The notes under the pieces are model-generated. The model saw nothing but the letters and a program-made list of their open reading frames with translations. It searched no databases and was not told where the DNA came from. A program made the translations under genes and the position numbers. 49,704 bases of DNA. Origin: a virus (Duplodnaviria; Heunggongvirae; Uroviricota; Caudoviricetes). This document shows positions 28,854-37,227 of the stretch, in pieces (the first letter of the stretch is position 1; the number at the start of each line of letters is the position of its first letter). Location: IMG/VR virus record IMGVR_UViG_3300020049_008481. One strand, given 5' to 3'.

Positions 28854-29473
28854 ACTAGATGCTCTCTAATATACAAGGCATCGCCCCACCCCTGCTGCCC
28901 TACCCAAAAGGTTTCTACCCGCTTGAATCCGGTGAGGAATTCATCTAACTGACCTATCTGAGCGCAGCCTACGTAAACTTCATCCTTATTGACTTCTGTC
29001 ATAATGTAATCTACATTCTTAAGAAACTCTTCAGCACCCATTAAAGCAAATAACTCTGCTCCCTGTAAGTCCATATTAAGAAAGTTAGCCTTTACTTTGT
29101 TCTCTTTAACAATTGTATCAATAGTTTTACTCTTTAGAGTAAGGTGCTTCACAAATTCTATGTCAGGACTAAACCCTGTATGTGTACCAAATTCTAGGAT
29201 AGAAGAACTCATCCCCTCGTAATTAGTAACATTGAAAGTTAACTCAATATCGTCTTCTTTATACACTAGAGCATTTACAAGCTTATGTTTGTATGGTTTA
29301 AGAATCCTTCGCAGCTTAGGCATTACAGATGGATTGCCTTCTACCCAAGTAACATTAGAAACTTTGACTGCTCGATACAGTGGGGCTTCTTCGGCTAGGT
29401 GTGCACCGACGTGCAGCACCCCATCTATTTTCATATGATACTTTTGAAATAGTTCATTAAAGTCTAACAACAT
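28850..29473 (-). CDS. FkbM-family methyltransferase
   Basis: VLHVGAHLAEE...FLNMDLQGAELFALMG...TEVN. Confidence 0.85.
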   Translation of the reverse strand: MLLDFNELFQKYHMKIDGVLHVGAHLAEEAPLYRAVKVSNVTWVEGNPSVMPKLRRILKPYKHKLVNALVYKEDDIELTFNVTNYEGMSSSILEFGTHTGFSPDIEFVKHLTLKSKTIDTIVKENKVKANFLNMDLQGAELFALMGAEEFLKNVDYIMTEVNKDEVYVGCAQIGQLDEFLTGFKRVETFWVGQQGWGDALYIREHLV

Positions 29474-29487
29474 TTTAGCTCCTTAAG

Positions 29488-30246
29488 CTAACAAGGCACA
29501 CAGATCCAAGTCTTTGGGATCATCTTTTTCCAGGGGATTGATGCAACAGATTTATCTCTACCAAACCATACACTTGGATATATAACATTTGAATTATTAG
29601 ACAAAAATGCCCCCCACCAAGCAAACGTACTGTTAGATACTATATGGTGACCACATGTTGTCATGCTAAATAAATCCATGTGATCTTTCGGTGGGTTTAT
29701 TCTATCGACTACCTCCACTGGTGTTATTGTAGGTTCAAACAATCGAACATTTTTATCCGACAGCCCAAAATAATCTATATGTGTCGAGCACCATTTAATG
29801 TCGTCTGAGAACAAAGCGAACTTAACCTCTGGGTTTTCACTTACCACTTTCTGTACTGCTTGCTTATAATACTTAGCCGTAGGTAGAGGATATATTTTAG
29901 GATACTTAAGATAATCACCTCGCCGCATGTGTATAGAACACCAATCATCTCCAAGAATATTCCCCAGACCAAGAGATGGTTTAAAATATTCAACTATCCT
30001 ATCTAATACATTATCAACGTAATCCAACTCTTGGTAATATCCAGTACCACCGTCTTTGACAACTCGCCCTTTAGCTCCATAGAATTCGTTAGGGACGGAA
30101 AAGAATTCTTTATACGACCAATCTTTCTTTATTGATGGAATCGCATTCAGTCTTTCTGCTTCACCTATCTGCCATCCTATCTGCCATAATTGGTTACCAA
30201 GTCTACCATTATGTTCTAAATAGTCGTAAGTAACTATATTAACCAT
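29488..30246 (-). CDS. Alpha-1,2-fucosyltransferase-like glycosyltransferase (GT11)
   Basis: GRLGNQLWQ, SIHMRRGDY, FSDDIKWC, HIVSNSTFAWWGAFL. Confidence 0.9.
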   Translation of the reverse strand: MVNIVTYDYLEHNGRLGNQLWQIGWQIGEAERLNAIPSIKKDWSYKEFFSVPNEFYGAKGRVVKDGGTGYYQELDYVDNVLDRIVEYFKPSLGLGNILGDDWCSIHMRRGDYLKYPKIYPLPTAKYYKQAVQKVVSENPEVKFALFSDDIKWCSTHIDYFGLSDKNVRLFEPTITPVEVVDRINPPKDHMDLFSMTTCGHHIVSNSTFAWWGAFLSNNSNVIYPSVWFGRDKSVASIPWKKMIPKTWICVPC

Positions 30247-30895
30247 TCTTTCTCCAACTGGCCCTGTACACTTTATTGAACAATTTTCTATTAGCTAACT
30301 CTTCTTTAGTATTAAATGTTGCATCTTCTCGTTTATGGAATAAGTGGCCAACCCAACCATCTATGCGAACGACTTTACCAATATTTTTGTCCATCATAAT
30401 TTGGAAAGCATTATCTTCCCAACCCCATCCAATAAATCTTTCATCATATTTCTGATAATTCTTTTTATCAACTAGTACGATCCCAGACCACGAAGTTATT
30501 TTATGATCCCACACTTTTGGTTCCATAACATCTACATCCGGGTGAAAAGATAATATACTAGAAGTTGTTTCTTTATTGAAATTATAATAACGCCCTTCTG
30601 CATAAGGCAGAACCCAAGGTGCACCATGGCTGATAGCATCTAAACCTGATAATATATACTCTCTCACCGGGACAGTATCTGCATCAGCTAAGATAACCAC
30701 CTTACCAGAGGCTTTTGCAACCCCTTGATTTCTTGAGGCACTTCTAGAAAAGATTACATCATCAGAATCCGCTTCGATCAATTCAACATTAGGGAATAAT
30801 GACTCCCACCTAGATTTATTCCACTTCCAAATCGCTCTTCGATCTTCACTCTCACATCGAAGAGGAACAACTATAGATACATCCATATCAATCAT
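30239..30895 (-). CDS. Glycosyltransferase (GT2/GT7-like)
   Basis: FSRSASRNQG, LADAD, YDERFIGWGWED. Confidence 0.82.
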   Translation of the reverse strand: MIDMDVSIVVPLRCESEDRRAIWKWNKSRWESLFPNVELIEADSDDVIFSRSASRNQGVAKASGKVVILADADTVPVREYILSGLDAISHGAPWVLPYAEGRYYNFNKETTSSILSFHPDVDVMEPKVWDHKITSWSGIVLVDKKNYQKYDERFIGWGWEDNAFQIMMDKNIGKVVRIDGWVGHLFHKREDATFNTKEELANRKLFNKVYRASWRKNG

Positions 30896-31584
30896 AACGT
30901 ATCACTTAAAGGATTATTCCCACCCCAAGCCTCTAATATGGGTTTGGCTATAATCGACTGGATATGTTTACTATTATGATTATGGTTGATAGAAGAATAT
31001 CTAGTATATTTACTCGATACATCTTCAGGTGAAAAATATCCAAAATGTAATATATCTACTTTTGACTTATACATTTTTTTAGCATATGTTGGCATACTAC
31101 CACACGCCATACCGGGTTTCCACCCAGAAGGACCTCGATACAAACATAATCTATTAGCCCAAATATTACCCCAAAACCCATCCGTCCTTATCTTCAAACT
31201 CTCTCTACTATCAAAAACCTCTCTGTAGCGATAACTAACACCATCGTAGTTGTTATTATTACAGAATCTAAGTTCTCCTTCGAAGCTTACATCACCAACG
31301 TAGAACTCATCAGCATCAAACACCAGAATACCATCACCATCCTTGGCAATGCCCTCTAGAAGATTCCATGCAGACCAACGAAATCCTCCTTCATCTTGAA
31401 GAAAGGATGGAACGCTATCTGGCCTTACGTGGACAGTACCATATTGTGATGCAATAAAAACAGAATCGTCAGTAGACTGATCATCATAAACAGTTAGTGT
31501 GTCTAGATGCGGTCTTATATTACTTAAGCACTTACCTAAGAATCTATCAGATTCATCTTTCATTACAAGCAGACCATGTATCAT
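30892..31584 (-). CDS. Glycosyltransferase family 2-like
   Basis: LLVMKDE...YDDQSTDDS...FDADEF...ILHFGY. Confidence 0.75.
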   Translation of the reverse strand: MIHGLLVMKDESDRFLGKCLSNIRPHLDTLTVYDDQSTDDSVFIASQYGTVHVRPDSVPSFLQDEGGFRWSAWNLLEGIAKDGDGILVFDADEFYVGDVSFEGELRFCNNNNYDGVSYRYREVFDSRESLKIRTDGFWGNIWANRLCLYRGPSGWKPGMACGSMPTYAKKMYKSKVDILHFGYFSPEDVSSKYTRYSSINHNHNSKHIQSIIAKPILEAWGGNNPLSDTL

Positions 31585-32357
31585 AAATTCTTAGCCTGTT
31601 CTATATGAGATAACCTATGAATAAACTCAGCCGTTATTCTATCGTAAGTAGGTGATTTTAGCTGTGAATCACCTGTCATCCTCATGTTCACTGGGTATTC
31701 AAGCCCGTAACCAAATTCCCCTATAAAATCATACTCACCGTTGGCTGCCGTCACCACGTAGTTGAGCGAACTGTAATCAAACAACACCGACAAGTCTGTA
31801 ACATATTTATCAGCATGGTCACCGATTAGAAAAATCAGATTTGTCTTAGTACAACCTACAAGGGTATATCCCTTAGTCTGCATCATTGATGTTATAGATT
31901 TAGCCCCTGAACCCCACATTGACCCTTCGTAATTAATCATGTCAATATGAGGTGGAACTGTAGGGTTGTATTCAATAACAACTATCTTGTGGGGAGTTTC
32001 CATTCTCTTTGCAATTTGATAATCATCACCATCAACATCAATCGAACAAACATCAGCAACTCTAGTCGTATGTTTGTCAATGTTAGTTACAAGAGCGTGT
32101 TCTATCCCTACACTGGGGTAGTTAGCAACTCTTCTTTTAAGCTTTCTGAATAAAGGAGCAGAAGATTCTATGAGTAAGGCGCTAGCGCCCCACTCTTTCC
32201 ATAGCCTGGCAGTGTTAGAACAGAACAGGCCGTCTGCAGCCCCAAACTCTATTACAAAGTTTGACCGCTCTTCTAAGGTAGATATTAGATAGGCTATAAT
32301 ACCGTCCTCACCATTTTGAGAATATACATTGTCCTTTAATTCATTTAAATTCTTCAT
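31581..32357 (-). CDS. FkbM-like methyltransferase
   Basis: VYSQNGEDGII, IEFGAADG, SIDVDGDDY, IEYNP. Confidence 0.75.
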   Translation of the reverse strand: MKNLNELKDNVYSQNGEDGIIAYLISTLEERSNFVIEFGAADGLFCSNTARLWKEWGASALLIESSAPLFRKLKRRVANYPSVGIEHALVTNIDKHTTRVADVCSIDVDGDDYQIAKRMETPHKIVVIEYNPTVPPHIDMINYEGSMWGSGAKSITSMMQTKGYTLVGCTKTNLIFLIGDHADKYVTDLSVLFDYSSLNYVVTAANGEYDFIGEFGYGLEYPVNMRMTGDSQLKSPTYDRITAEFIHRLSHIEQAKNL

Positions 32358-32366
32358 ATCATCTTT

Positions 32367-32576
32367 CTAGAGTGAGCAAGCAATCCAATTTCTTAATAAG
32401 ACCATCAATGGGGCCACATCGTAGACCATTAGATACGGATATCCATTAAATCTATAATGAAGCCTAACACTAAACCATCCTTTTAATAACCAATCACGAT
32501 CAGCATCTTTACCAAAACTATAAGTAGCACTTTTAAGCTTTATTATAGGGAAAGTAATGCCAGCAGGATTACTCAC
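32367..32576 (-). CDS. Small NW-motif protein (69 aa) inside glycosylation cluster
   Basis: Ends LRNWIACSL*. Confidence 0.7.
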   Translation of the reverse strand: MSNPAGITFPIIKLKSATYSFGKDADRDWLLKGWFSVRLHYRFNGYPYLMVYDVAPLMVLLRNWIACSL

Positions 32577-33381
32577 ATTCTATACCATGAATCTTGCAAG
32601 CGTTTCTAAAAACTTCTAAAGACTCTCCCATCCTTAGCTTACTCCATTTAGTCGAACCCTCATCTGAAATCGACCTGTGCCACTTATGGATTAACTTCGC
32701 TTCACCATAATAGACGTTCTTCCACCCATGACTGCGTAGGTGGTACCCATACCACGTGTCCTCATAGTACAACCTAGTTGGGAGCATGGCCCCTCTAGGA
32801 CTTGGGACTGCCTCCTTGTATAGTTCACAATCCCTCATCTCGTTCCAGGCATGACGTTTAGTAAATACAGCAGAACCTATAACGAACAATGAATCCTCTA
32901 TACAGGCTTGATAGCCCTTGGATGGGGTAGACCTCCACCCACGCTGTTTGGGGGCCGTAGCGGGGCCTACAACGCCCCCTGCGGTGATCCTACCAGCAAG
33001 GTCTACCTGCATGGGACCTAAAGAGCCATATGTTGAGTCTGACATCAGTTTATCTAGACATTTTTCTACAGTATTAGGCGTCAACATAACGTCATCATTT
33101 AAAAGCAGCGCCGCTGGATTATGTGTTAGAACCATACCTATATTACATGCTTCTCCATAAAAGATATTAGTATCAATATGGACAACCGCTCCCCCGACGT
33201 TCTCAACCAAAGAGCCGACCCTTAACCTGGTTGGTTCATCTCTTGGTGCCACATCTACAACTAGCAGGTTCTCTGCAATATTAGCTGACCGATGATCATC
33301 GAAGCTTCTTAAAAATGATTCTATCTCATTAACATGATTATAGGTTACTACGATTAGATCAATATCCGCATCTTTTGTCAT
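32569..33381 (-). CDS. Glycosyltransferase family 2
   Basis: LIVVTYN...NIFYGEACN...LLNDD...YYEDTWY...LIHKWHRS. Confidence 0.82.
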   Translation of the reverse strand: MTKDADIDLIVVTYNHVNEIESFLRSFDDHRSANIAENLLVVDVAPRDEPTRLRVGSLVENVGGAVVHIDTNIFYGEACNIGMVLTHNPAALLLNDDVMLTPNTVEKCLDKLMSDSTYGSLGPMQVDLAGRITAGGVVGPATAPKQRGWRSTPSKGYQACIEDSLFVIGSAVFTKRHAWNEMRDCELYKEAVPSPRGAMLPTRLYYEDTWYGYHLRSHGWKNVYYGEAKLIHKWHRSISDEGSTKWSKLRMGESLEVFRNACKIHGIECE

Positions 33382-34075
33382 AAACTCGTAGATCCCCCTG
33401 CTCCATACAATGCTTATTAGCTACTCTTCCATCCCAACCTAAGGTAACATTTTTCTCAGAACATGCCTTAGACCAACCAAGGTCCTCACCTAAATCATGA
33501 TATTGATAGTCAATAGCGTAAGCCTTTGAAGTCATTAATTTCAATGCCATAATAGCAGAAGTAGGGAAGACCCTATCTGAATCTCTTCTATCACAAATTT
33601 TAAAGCTGTTGGAATAAGACGGGTACATGGTACTCTTGCGAGTCATATAAACCTTCCCACCAACAGCATCAAACTCTTCTATAGATTCCATTAAATTAAC
33701 TAATGTCTGATGGTTAAGTAAAATATCAGAATCGATACTCAAGAAATACGATGGCTCTATATCTCTTACGAACCTCAATAATAGGTTTCTAACTTTCACC
33801 ATCCTAGAGTAATTAGGGGATTTTATTCCCCAATCCCTGACGTAAACCCCAGAAGGCTCCTGTTTATTCCGCACTAAAATAAAATCCCTATCTAAACGGG
33901 ATAAATAATCAGTGAATGCCTCGACAGAAGAGTCCCCATCGGGCGCAACAAGAATATACCTTGGCTCTACCTTTATCTTATATGCAGCATCCTCAACATG
34001 ATCAACCCAATCTTTAGCTATCCATGCTCTATCTTTAACCGGACAACCGACTAACAGCGGAGTGTGACCTGTCAT
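33359..34075 (-). CDS. GT-A fold glycosyltransferase
   Basis: VGCPVKDR...MVKVRN...LSIDSDI...GEDLGW. Confidence 0.75.
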   Translation of the reverse strand: MTGHTPLLVGCPVKDRAWIAKDWVDHVEDAAYKIKVEPRYILVAPDGDSSVEAFTDYLSRLDRDFILVRNKQEPSGVYVRDWGIKSPNYSRMVKVRNLLLRFVRDIEPSYFLSIDSDILLNHQTLVNLMESIEEFDAVGGKVYMTRKSTMYPSYSNSFKICDRRDSDRVFPTSAIMALKLMTSKAYAIDYQYHDLGEDLGWSKACSEKNVTLGWDGRVANKHCMEQGDLRVYDKRCGY

Positions 34076-34569
34076 TGTAGAGACAGTCCTTCTAGGATAG
34101 ATCTGTTAACTTCTGGCATAGCCAAAATCGGGTCACCAGCGTAATCTAAACCAATAGCCCTTAGCCATAGAGCATCAGCCTCATTATCATCTGTTCCTTC
34201 ATACCCAAGACGCTTCCACGCAGCCCGAATAACTTCGGTCTTATTTGCATTGCCGTGCCCAGTGGCATACTTCTTTAAAGAAGAAGGTGAAACCTCCAGG
34301 AAAGGTATAGAATTTTCGTACATCATCAACCTCAACATATAGCCAAGGCCAGCTATTTCAAATACGGCCTTGCCCTTGGAACCATAAGAAAACCCTTCTA
34401 TACATACAAAGTCTAGACTATCTACGGAACCTATTAGGATACCTATTTCTTTTCTAATCCAAAGTAATCTGTCAAGTCCCTTATCTTTGGGCCTTAATGC
34501 AAGAGCCTCGCCGTTAGGCAAAGCCACCCCTGTTCTAGTTAAACTTGGATCTAGTCCTAGAATAAACAA
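34072..34569 (-). CDS. ruvC: RuvC-like Holliday junction resolvase
   Basis: ILGLDPSLTRTG, CIEG, SPSSLKKYATGHGNANK, DDNEADAL. Confidence 0.85.
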   Translation of the reverse strand: MFILGLDPSLTRTGVALPNGEALALRPKDKGLDRLLWIRKEIGILIGSVDSLDFVCIEGFSYGSKGKAVFEIAGLGYMLRLMMYENSIPFLEVSPSSLKKYATGHGNANKTEVIRAAWKRLGYEGTDDNEADALWLRAIGLDYAGDPILAMPEVNRSILEGLSLQ

Positions 34570-34570
34570 A

Positions 34571-34609
34571 AGACACCCCCACCGAAAGGAACGGAAAATG
34601 GGGGTGTCT
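34571..34609 (-). promoter_or_regulatory. Hairpin overlapping the ruvC ribosome-binding region (or terminator)
   Basis: 11-bp stem AGACACCCCCA/TGGGGGTGTCT ending 1 nt before the TTG start. Confidence 0.5.
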
Positions 34610-34694
34610 CTATATTAGTGTCACTAGTAAACTTAGTGCGACTTAAAAAGTATCTTACTTGGTGTTTCGCTGTAAGTGCTAGTAACATTAAACC

Positions 34695-34703
34695 AGTATA
34701 GCA
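34695..34703 (-). promoter_or_regulatory. Extended -10 promoter upstream of ruvC/glycosylation operon
   Basis: TGC TATACT in AT-rich intergenic region. Confidence 0.5.
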
Positions 34704-34715
34704 CAAATATATAAA

Positions 34716-34892
34716 TTATTCTAGCTCATTTAGACGCCTGTCAATCAATTCCCAACGGGACTGCTGACATATGCCACCGCACACATCCTGCTTAAAAGTT
34801 TCGAACAAAGTACATTCTAACAAACACTGGTCAGATCTATTCGGGTACCGGGCTGCAACCTCCTGCGGAGTAGGGTTACTTGCTTGTCTCAT
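34716..34892 (-). CDS. Small Cys-rich protein (58 aa)
   Basis: Hand-translated MRQASNPT...QCLLECTLF...VCGGICQQ...NELE*. Confidence 0.45.
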   Translation of the reverse strand: MRQASNPTPQEVAARYPNRSDQCLLECTLFETFKQDVCGGICQQSRWELIDRRLNELE

Positions 34893-34977
34893 CTGGGGAG
34901 CAACACGATCCTAAGTGAACTACAGGCCACCTATGGCACACGCAGGTGCAGCCATTATAGGCCTTAGGAAGATCCAT
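34876..34977 (-). CDS. Small Cys/His-rich peptide (33 aa)
   Basis: Hand-translated MDLPKAYNGCTCVCHRWPVVHLGSCCSPDETSK*; overlaps both neighbours. Confidence 0.4.
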   Translation of the reverse strand: MDLPKAYNGCTCVCHRWPVVHLGSCCSPDETSK

Positions 34978-35377
34978 CAGAAACCTCAGGTGCAATTAGT
35001 TCACGTAGCTCGTCGGCTGCGCTAGCAATCCGACGCTTTGTGATCTGTTCCTTGGCTAAAGTTTCTTGCTCTAGCTCAGTGAACACAATCCTGAATGATA
35101 CATCAAGATACTGCCCCTGCTGAAGCTCTAGACTAGTTGGGACCCAAGCATCTACCCGGTCCTTAACTCGGTCGAGGCTTCGCTCTACAATATCCAACAC
35201 AGCAGCCTTAGTCTCTTCTGTCATCTTATTCCATTCTGTAATTGACTTTTCCTGCCTTGCAGTCCAGTCATCTTTGTTTTTCCAGATAAGTTCTGGTGTT
35301 AATTCACTGAATTCGATAGTAAATTCAAAACCATCTTCCGCAACGATAGTTACCTTTTCTCCATATTTTACAGTCAT
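34964..35377 (-). CDS. Hypothetical protein (137 aa)
   Basis: ORF with SD in contiguous operon. Confidence 0.6.
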   Translation of the reverse strand: MTVKYGEKVTIVAEDGFEFTIEFSELTPELIWKNKDDWTARQEKSITEWNKMTEETKAAVLDIVERSLDRVKDRVDAWVPTSLELQQGQYLDVSFRIVFTELEQETLAKEQITKRRIASAADELRELIAPEVSDGSS

Positions 35378-35380
35378 AAG

Positions 35381-35725
35381 TTATCTTTCCTCTGCGGCGA
35401 ACATGTCACCAGTCTCTTCGTATGCCTTTAATATTAACTCAGGAGTGCTTGCTGGCATTCCCGCCAACACGCAATGCTTATGAGTATACGCCCCAACACC
35501 CTGAAAGTCAATAGCCCCTAAAACAATTTCACCAGTTTTGATCGGCTTATTACAATCTACACAAGGTAGGTGCTTTGGCCGTCCCTGTTCTGGGACAATG
35601 ATCCATTCAAACTTTTCAATGAATGACTTACGTAACTCATTAAGAAACTCCTGTGACGCTACAAGATTAGCATGTGCATCTATAAGACCAGCCTGTGCCT
35701 TTAATAACAAACTAGACATCTTCAC
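35381..35725 (-). CDS. Hypothetical zinc-binding protein (114 aa)
   Basis: CVDC...HKHC motif. Confidence 0.6.
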   Translation of the reverse strand: MKMSSLLLKAQAGLIDAHANLVASQEFLNELRKSFIEKFEWIIVPEQGRPKHLPCVDCNKPIKTGEIVLGAIDFQGVGAYTHKHCVLAGMPASTPELILKAYEETGDMFAAEER

Positions 35726-36059
35726 CTAGATCAATATCAAACAGATCTACCCCATCAGCAAGAGCTTGGCGGATCTTTTCCTGAATAGACTCAGAAGCAG
35801 TAGGAAGCATATTCCTTGCCTCTTCGTTTACAGCAGCCTGCTCAGGGTCCTGTACGTCCACAGAGAACGCCCTATCCCCAATTTTGAATGAACCTATGAG
35901 CATGTAATGATCAGGTTCTGCATTTTCGTCCTCAAAATTAGAATCCTCAGAGAAGTGAGGCGTTAAAGCAAAACCTTCACTATACAGACCAATATATTCA
36001 AGGTCCTTCATGAAATCCTTCATCTTCTCTACAGCTTTTTCTTGATGTTCTTCGTTCAT
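35712..36059 (-). CDS. Hypothetical acidic protein (115 aa)
   Basis: First gene after the leftward promoter; SD AAAGGA. Confidence 0.65.
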   Translation of the reverse strand: MNEEHQEKAVEKMKDFMKDLEYIGLYSEGFALTPHFSEDSNFEDENAEPDHYMLIGSFKIGDRAFSVDVQDPEQAAVNEEARNMLPTASESIQEKIRQALADGVDLFDIDLGEDV

Positions 36060-36089
36060 TTAATCCGTTCCTTTGTTTTTACTGAAGTA

Positions 36090-36118
36090 AGTATAGCAGC
36101 TAAACCACCCTATGTCAA
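36090..36118 (-). promoter_or_regulatory. Consensus sigmaA/sigma70 promoter, leftward
   Basis: TTGACA-N17-TATACT with extended TG. Confidence 0.88.
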
Positions 36119-36123
36119 CCCCC

Positions 36124-36152
36124 TTGACAAAGTTTTTCTTCCATGGTATACT
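36124..36152 (+). promoter_or_regulatory. Consensus sigmaA/sigma70 promoter, rightward (Rpf)
   Basis: TTGACA-N17-TATACT with extended TG. Confidence 0.88.
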
Positions 36153-36173
36153 TAACGATTCTTAAAGGAGTTG

Positions 36174-36212
36174 ATGCCTATTGCTAACACCCAATGTGGG
36201 TGGATTCAATAA
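36174..36212 (+). CDS. 12-aa upstream ORF/leader peptide MPIANTQCGWIQ
   Basis: SD AAGGAG immediately upstream; lies between promoter and rpf. Confidence 0.4.
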   Translation: MPIANTQCGWIQ

Positions 36213-36263
36213 TTTACCCGCATCCCATGACAACACCGAGTAACATTTTCAGGAGGTCGCAAG

Positions 36264-36761
36264 ATGCGCCAACTTTTATTAGCATGTTTTATCACAGTAA
36301 TGGTAGTATTGTCAAGTGGTTTTATAGTCGGGGCTGGAGAACCGGAGAAACCACAACCGAAACGGGTAGTTGTAGTAAATACCAAGGTTCCCCGAGACCT
36401 TAAAGCAGAAGCGTATTATATCAAGGTAATGGAATATGCAGCAGCAGTTCAGTACCAGAAAATACTACACTTCGCCTGGCTTATCGAACAGGCAAAGAAA
36501 CAAACCGCATACGGAGTATGGGATAGATTAGCAAATTGCGAATCTAGCGGTAACTGGTCCATTAACACTGGATCATTTGATGGGGGTCTCCAATTCCTCC
36601 CCTCAACGTGGGTTGCTCAGGGTGGCAGGCAGTATGCCCCTTACGCCTGGCAAGCAACTCGTGAGCAGCAAATCACTATAGCTGGGCGGCTATTGGCTTC
36701 CACAAACGGTAGCTACCGTGCTTCTTGGCCAGCTTGTTCAAGGCGGTTAGGATTACCATAA
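36264..36761 (+). CDS. rpf: Stand-alone resuscitation-promoting factor (Rpf) transglycosylase with signal peptide
   Basis: WDRLANCESSGNWSINTG...GGLQFLPSTW...ATREQQI...WPACS; hydrophobic N-terminus; SD AGGAGG. Confidence 0.9.
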   Translation: MRQLLLACFITVMVVLSSGFIVGAGEPEKPQPKRVVVVNTKVPRDLKAEAYYIKVMEYAAAVQYQKILHFAWLIEQAKKQTAYGVWDRLANCESSGNWSINTGSFDGGLQFLPSTWVAQGGRQYAPYAWQATREQQITIAGRLLASTNGSYRASWPACSRRLGLP

Positions 36762-36775
36762 TATCACTACAATAG

Positions 36776-36819
36776 AAAAGCCCCGAGGATGCGTAAGTTG
36801 CATTTCCTCGGGGCTTTTT
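36776..36819. terminator. Bidirectional intrinsic terminator
   Basis: AAAAGCCCCGAGGA...TCCTCGGGGCTTTT between convergent genes. Confidence 0.85.
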
Positions 36820-36884
36820 AGGTTACAGCAACCTTAGACAGATGATAACAATTAAAACAATTAAAACAATTGTCAGAATGCTCA

Positions 36885-37226
36885 CTACTTAAGCATTGAA
36901 GGGGTGGCCGCTGACTGAGTATTATCCTTGGCCTTCAAGAAGTCATAAGCATAAGTACCGATAGAACCCATACCTAGCGACAGGAGGCCAATTGAGGCCA
37001 CATCAAGCTGAGACAGAACTGAGTTAGCGATCTGGATATCGGCAGCAATACCAGCCTGAGCGGCAAGCAGAAGCACGCCAAAAGCTGACACCCAAACAAT
37101 AACCTGAGTTAGAACAGCATTTTTACTAGCCTTATCTCCGATATTAGCAATGTTCTTAAGAAAGTTTGTTACCGCATAAATAACAGCAACCAGTGAAGCT
37201 AAAGTGAATAAACCAAAAATTTCCAT
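36885..37226 (-). CDS. Three-TM membrane protein, holin-like
   Basis: Three hydrophobic segments, 113 aa, polar C-tail. Confidence 0.55.
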   Translation of the reverse strand: MEIFGLFTLASLVAVIYAVTNFLKNIANIGDKASKNAVLTQVIVWVSAFGVLLLAAQAGIAADIQIANSVLSQLDVASIGLLSLGMGSIGTYAYDFLKAKDNTQSAATPSMLK

Positions 37227-37227
37227 A

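Noticed and set aside
34716-34892. WhiB-like resemblance (CL...VCGG)
   Set aside because: Lacks the N-terminal Cys and the G[V/I]WGG tryptophan; too weak to call.
36848-36871. ACAATTAAA tandem repeat (about 2.7 copies)
   Set aside because: Short AT-rich slippage repeat downstream of a terminator; no evidence of function.
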